NCBI RefSeq assembly: GCF_004010195.1
Contig: NC_057718.1
Location: forward strand, 37,443,650-37,507,649
Origin: Chiloscyllium plagiosum
Taxonomy: Eukaryota
Direction of reading: 5' to 3'
DNA length: 64,000 nucleotides
Shown here: positions 63,103 through 64,000 of the stretch, one piece after another
How positions within the stretch are numbered: the first letter of the stretch is position 1
How the letters are laid out: every line of letters starts with the position of its first letter
Made by a program: the position numbers and the translations under genes
Notes under the pieces: generated by a model
What the model saw: only the letters and a program-made list of their open reading frames with translations
Databases searched by the model: none
What the model was told of the DNA's origin: nothing

Positions 63103-63635
63103 ATTTGGAGGAGCTGGTGTTGGACTGGGGTGTACAAAGTTAAAAATCACACAACACCAGGTTATAGTCCAACAGATTTATTTGGAAGCATTAGCTTTCG
63201 GAGTGCTGCTCCTTCATCAGGTGTTGTGAAGTATAATTCTGTATTTGCAGAATTACATTTTATTTTGCTCAAAAACTGCATGAGTTCGTGTAAGATTCTG
63301 TAATTCCCATTTTTAGATTAGAATCAGCCTGAACATTGGGGCACAGATATCGTCACACGGGACACCTCACACCTTCATTGCATTATCTGGGCCAACATGG
63401 CACCTATTGTTAAAGTTCACTTAAGAATGTAGCTTTAAGAAAGTTTTGGAATTTACATATGAAAGAACTGAAACCAACATGCCCATTCTAAAAGATGAGA
63501 GACTTAACAAACAATCCAAGCCTTTTTCAATATATAATTTCAGTTACATCACACTGTAACATTTTGCGATAAATTCTGTGTCCTATGGTCTCATACTCCA
63601 CAACCACATGATGAAGAAGCAACGCTCTGAAAGCT
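63103..63635. mobile_element. PLE family B: inverted pLTR plus putative 3'UTR and a second, decayed hammerhead
   Basis: 63103-63220 matches the left arm of the 45990 element; 63590-63635 is the reverse complement of about 63191-63235. Confidence 0.8.
63191..63224 (-). ncRNA. Minimal hammerhead ribozyme core
   Basis: ACAC CUGAUGA A GGAG-CAGCA-CUCC GAAA GCUA; AGCU palindrome. Confidence 0.75.
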
Positions 63636-63950
63636 GGAAAATGGGAAGCCTTCAGAAATGAGATAACAAGAATCCAGAGAAAGGGAAGGCTGGTAGGTAT
63701 AGGGAATGCTGAATGACTAAAGAAATTGAGGGTTTGGTTAAGAAAAAGAAGGAAGCATATGTCAGGTACAGACAGGATAGATCGAGTAAATCCTTAGAAG
63801 AGTATAAAGAAAGTAGAAGTATACTTAAGAGGGAAATCAGGAGGGCAAAATGGGAACATGAGATAGCTTTGGCAAATAGAATTAAGAAGAATCCAAAGGG
63901 GTTTTACAAATATATTAAGAGCAAAAGGGTAACTAGGGAGAGAATAGGGC
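63636..63950 (+). mobile_element. Internal CR1 ORF2 fragment
   Basis: Matches the reverse complement of about 50770-51110 (MTKEIEGLVKKKKEAY). Confidence 0.88.
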
Positions 63951-63952
63951 TA

Positions 63953-64000
63953 GCTCCTCGGATGCTGCCTGAACTGCTGTGCTCTTCCAGCACCACTCAT
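63953..64000 (+). mobile_element. PLE pLTR fragment, family A-like
   Basis: Reverse complement of about 41112-41159. Confidence 0.7.

Noticed and set aside
6458..64000. Apparent minus-strand bias of PLE insertions (about 8 of 11)
   Set aside because: The sample is too small and the host transcription direction is unknown.

Overview
Repeat-dense eukaryotic DNA, very probably from a shark or ray: it carries HE1/V-SINEs, HER1-like CR1 LINEs and Deu-domain SINEs. No intact host coding exon is recognisable; the ORFs I can interpret are transposon remnants, and the longest ORFs run across N gaps. Contents: many CR1-clade LINEs, including one near full-length copy (48995-53391, minus strand, with esterase-type ORF1); a second CR1/L2-group family; three RTE-clade fossils; two Penelope-like element (PLE) RT copies; a solo LTR; a Tc1/mariner-type MITE; and PIF/Harbinger fossils (one transposase piece and three Myb/SANT gene pieces, two with introns). 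The most striking signal is a set of minimal hammerhead ribozyme cores (CUGANGA-stem II-GAAA-palindrome-UH) in at least three PLE terminal-repeat families. Several sit in ~200-bp hairpin insertions with 10-17 bp target-site duplications (TSDs), and two PLE junctions contain DNA copied from the local target. All family calls come from motif recognition by eye; boundaries without TSDs are approximate.
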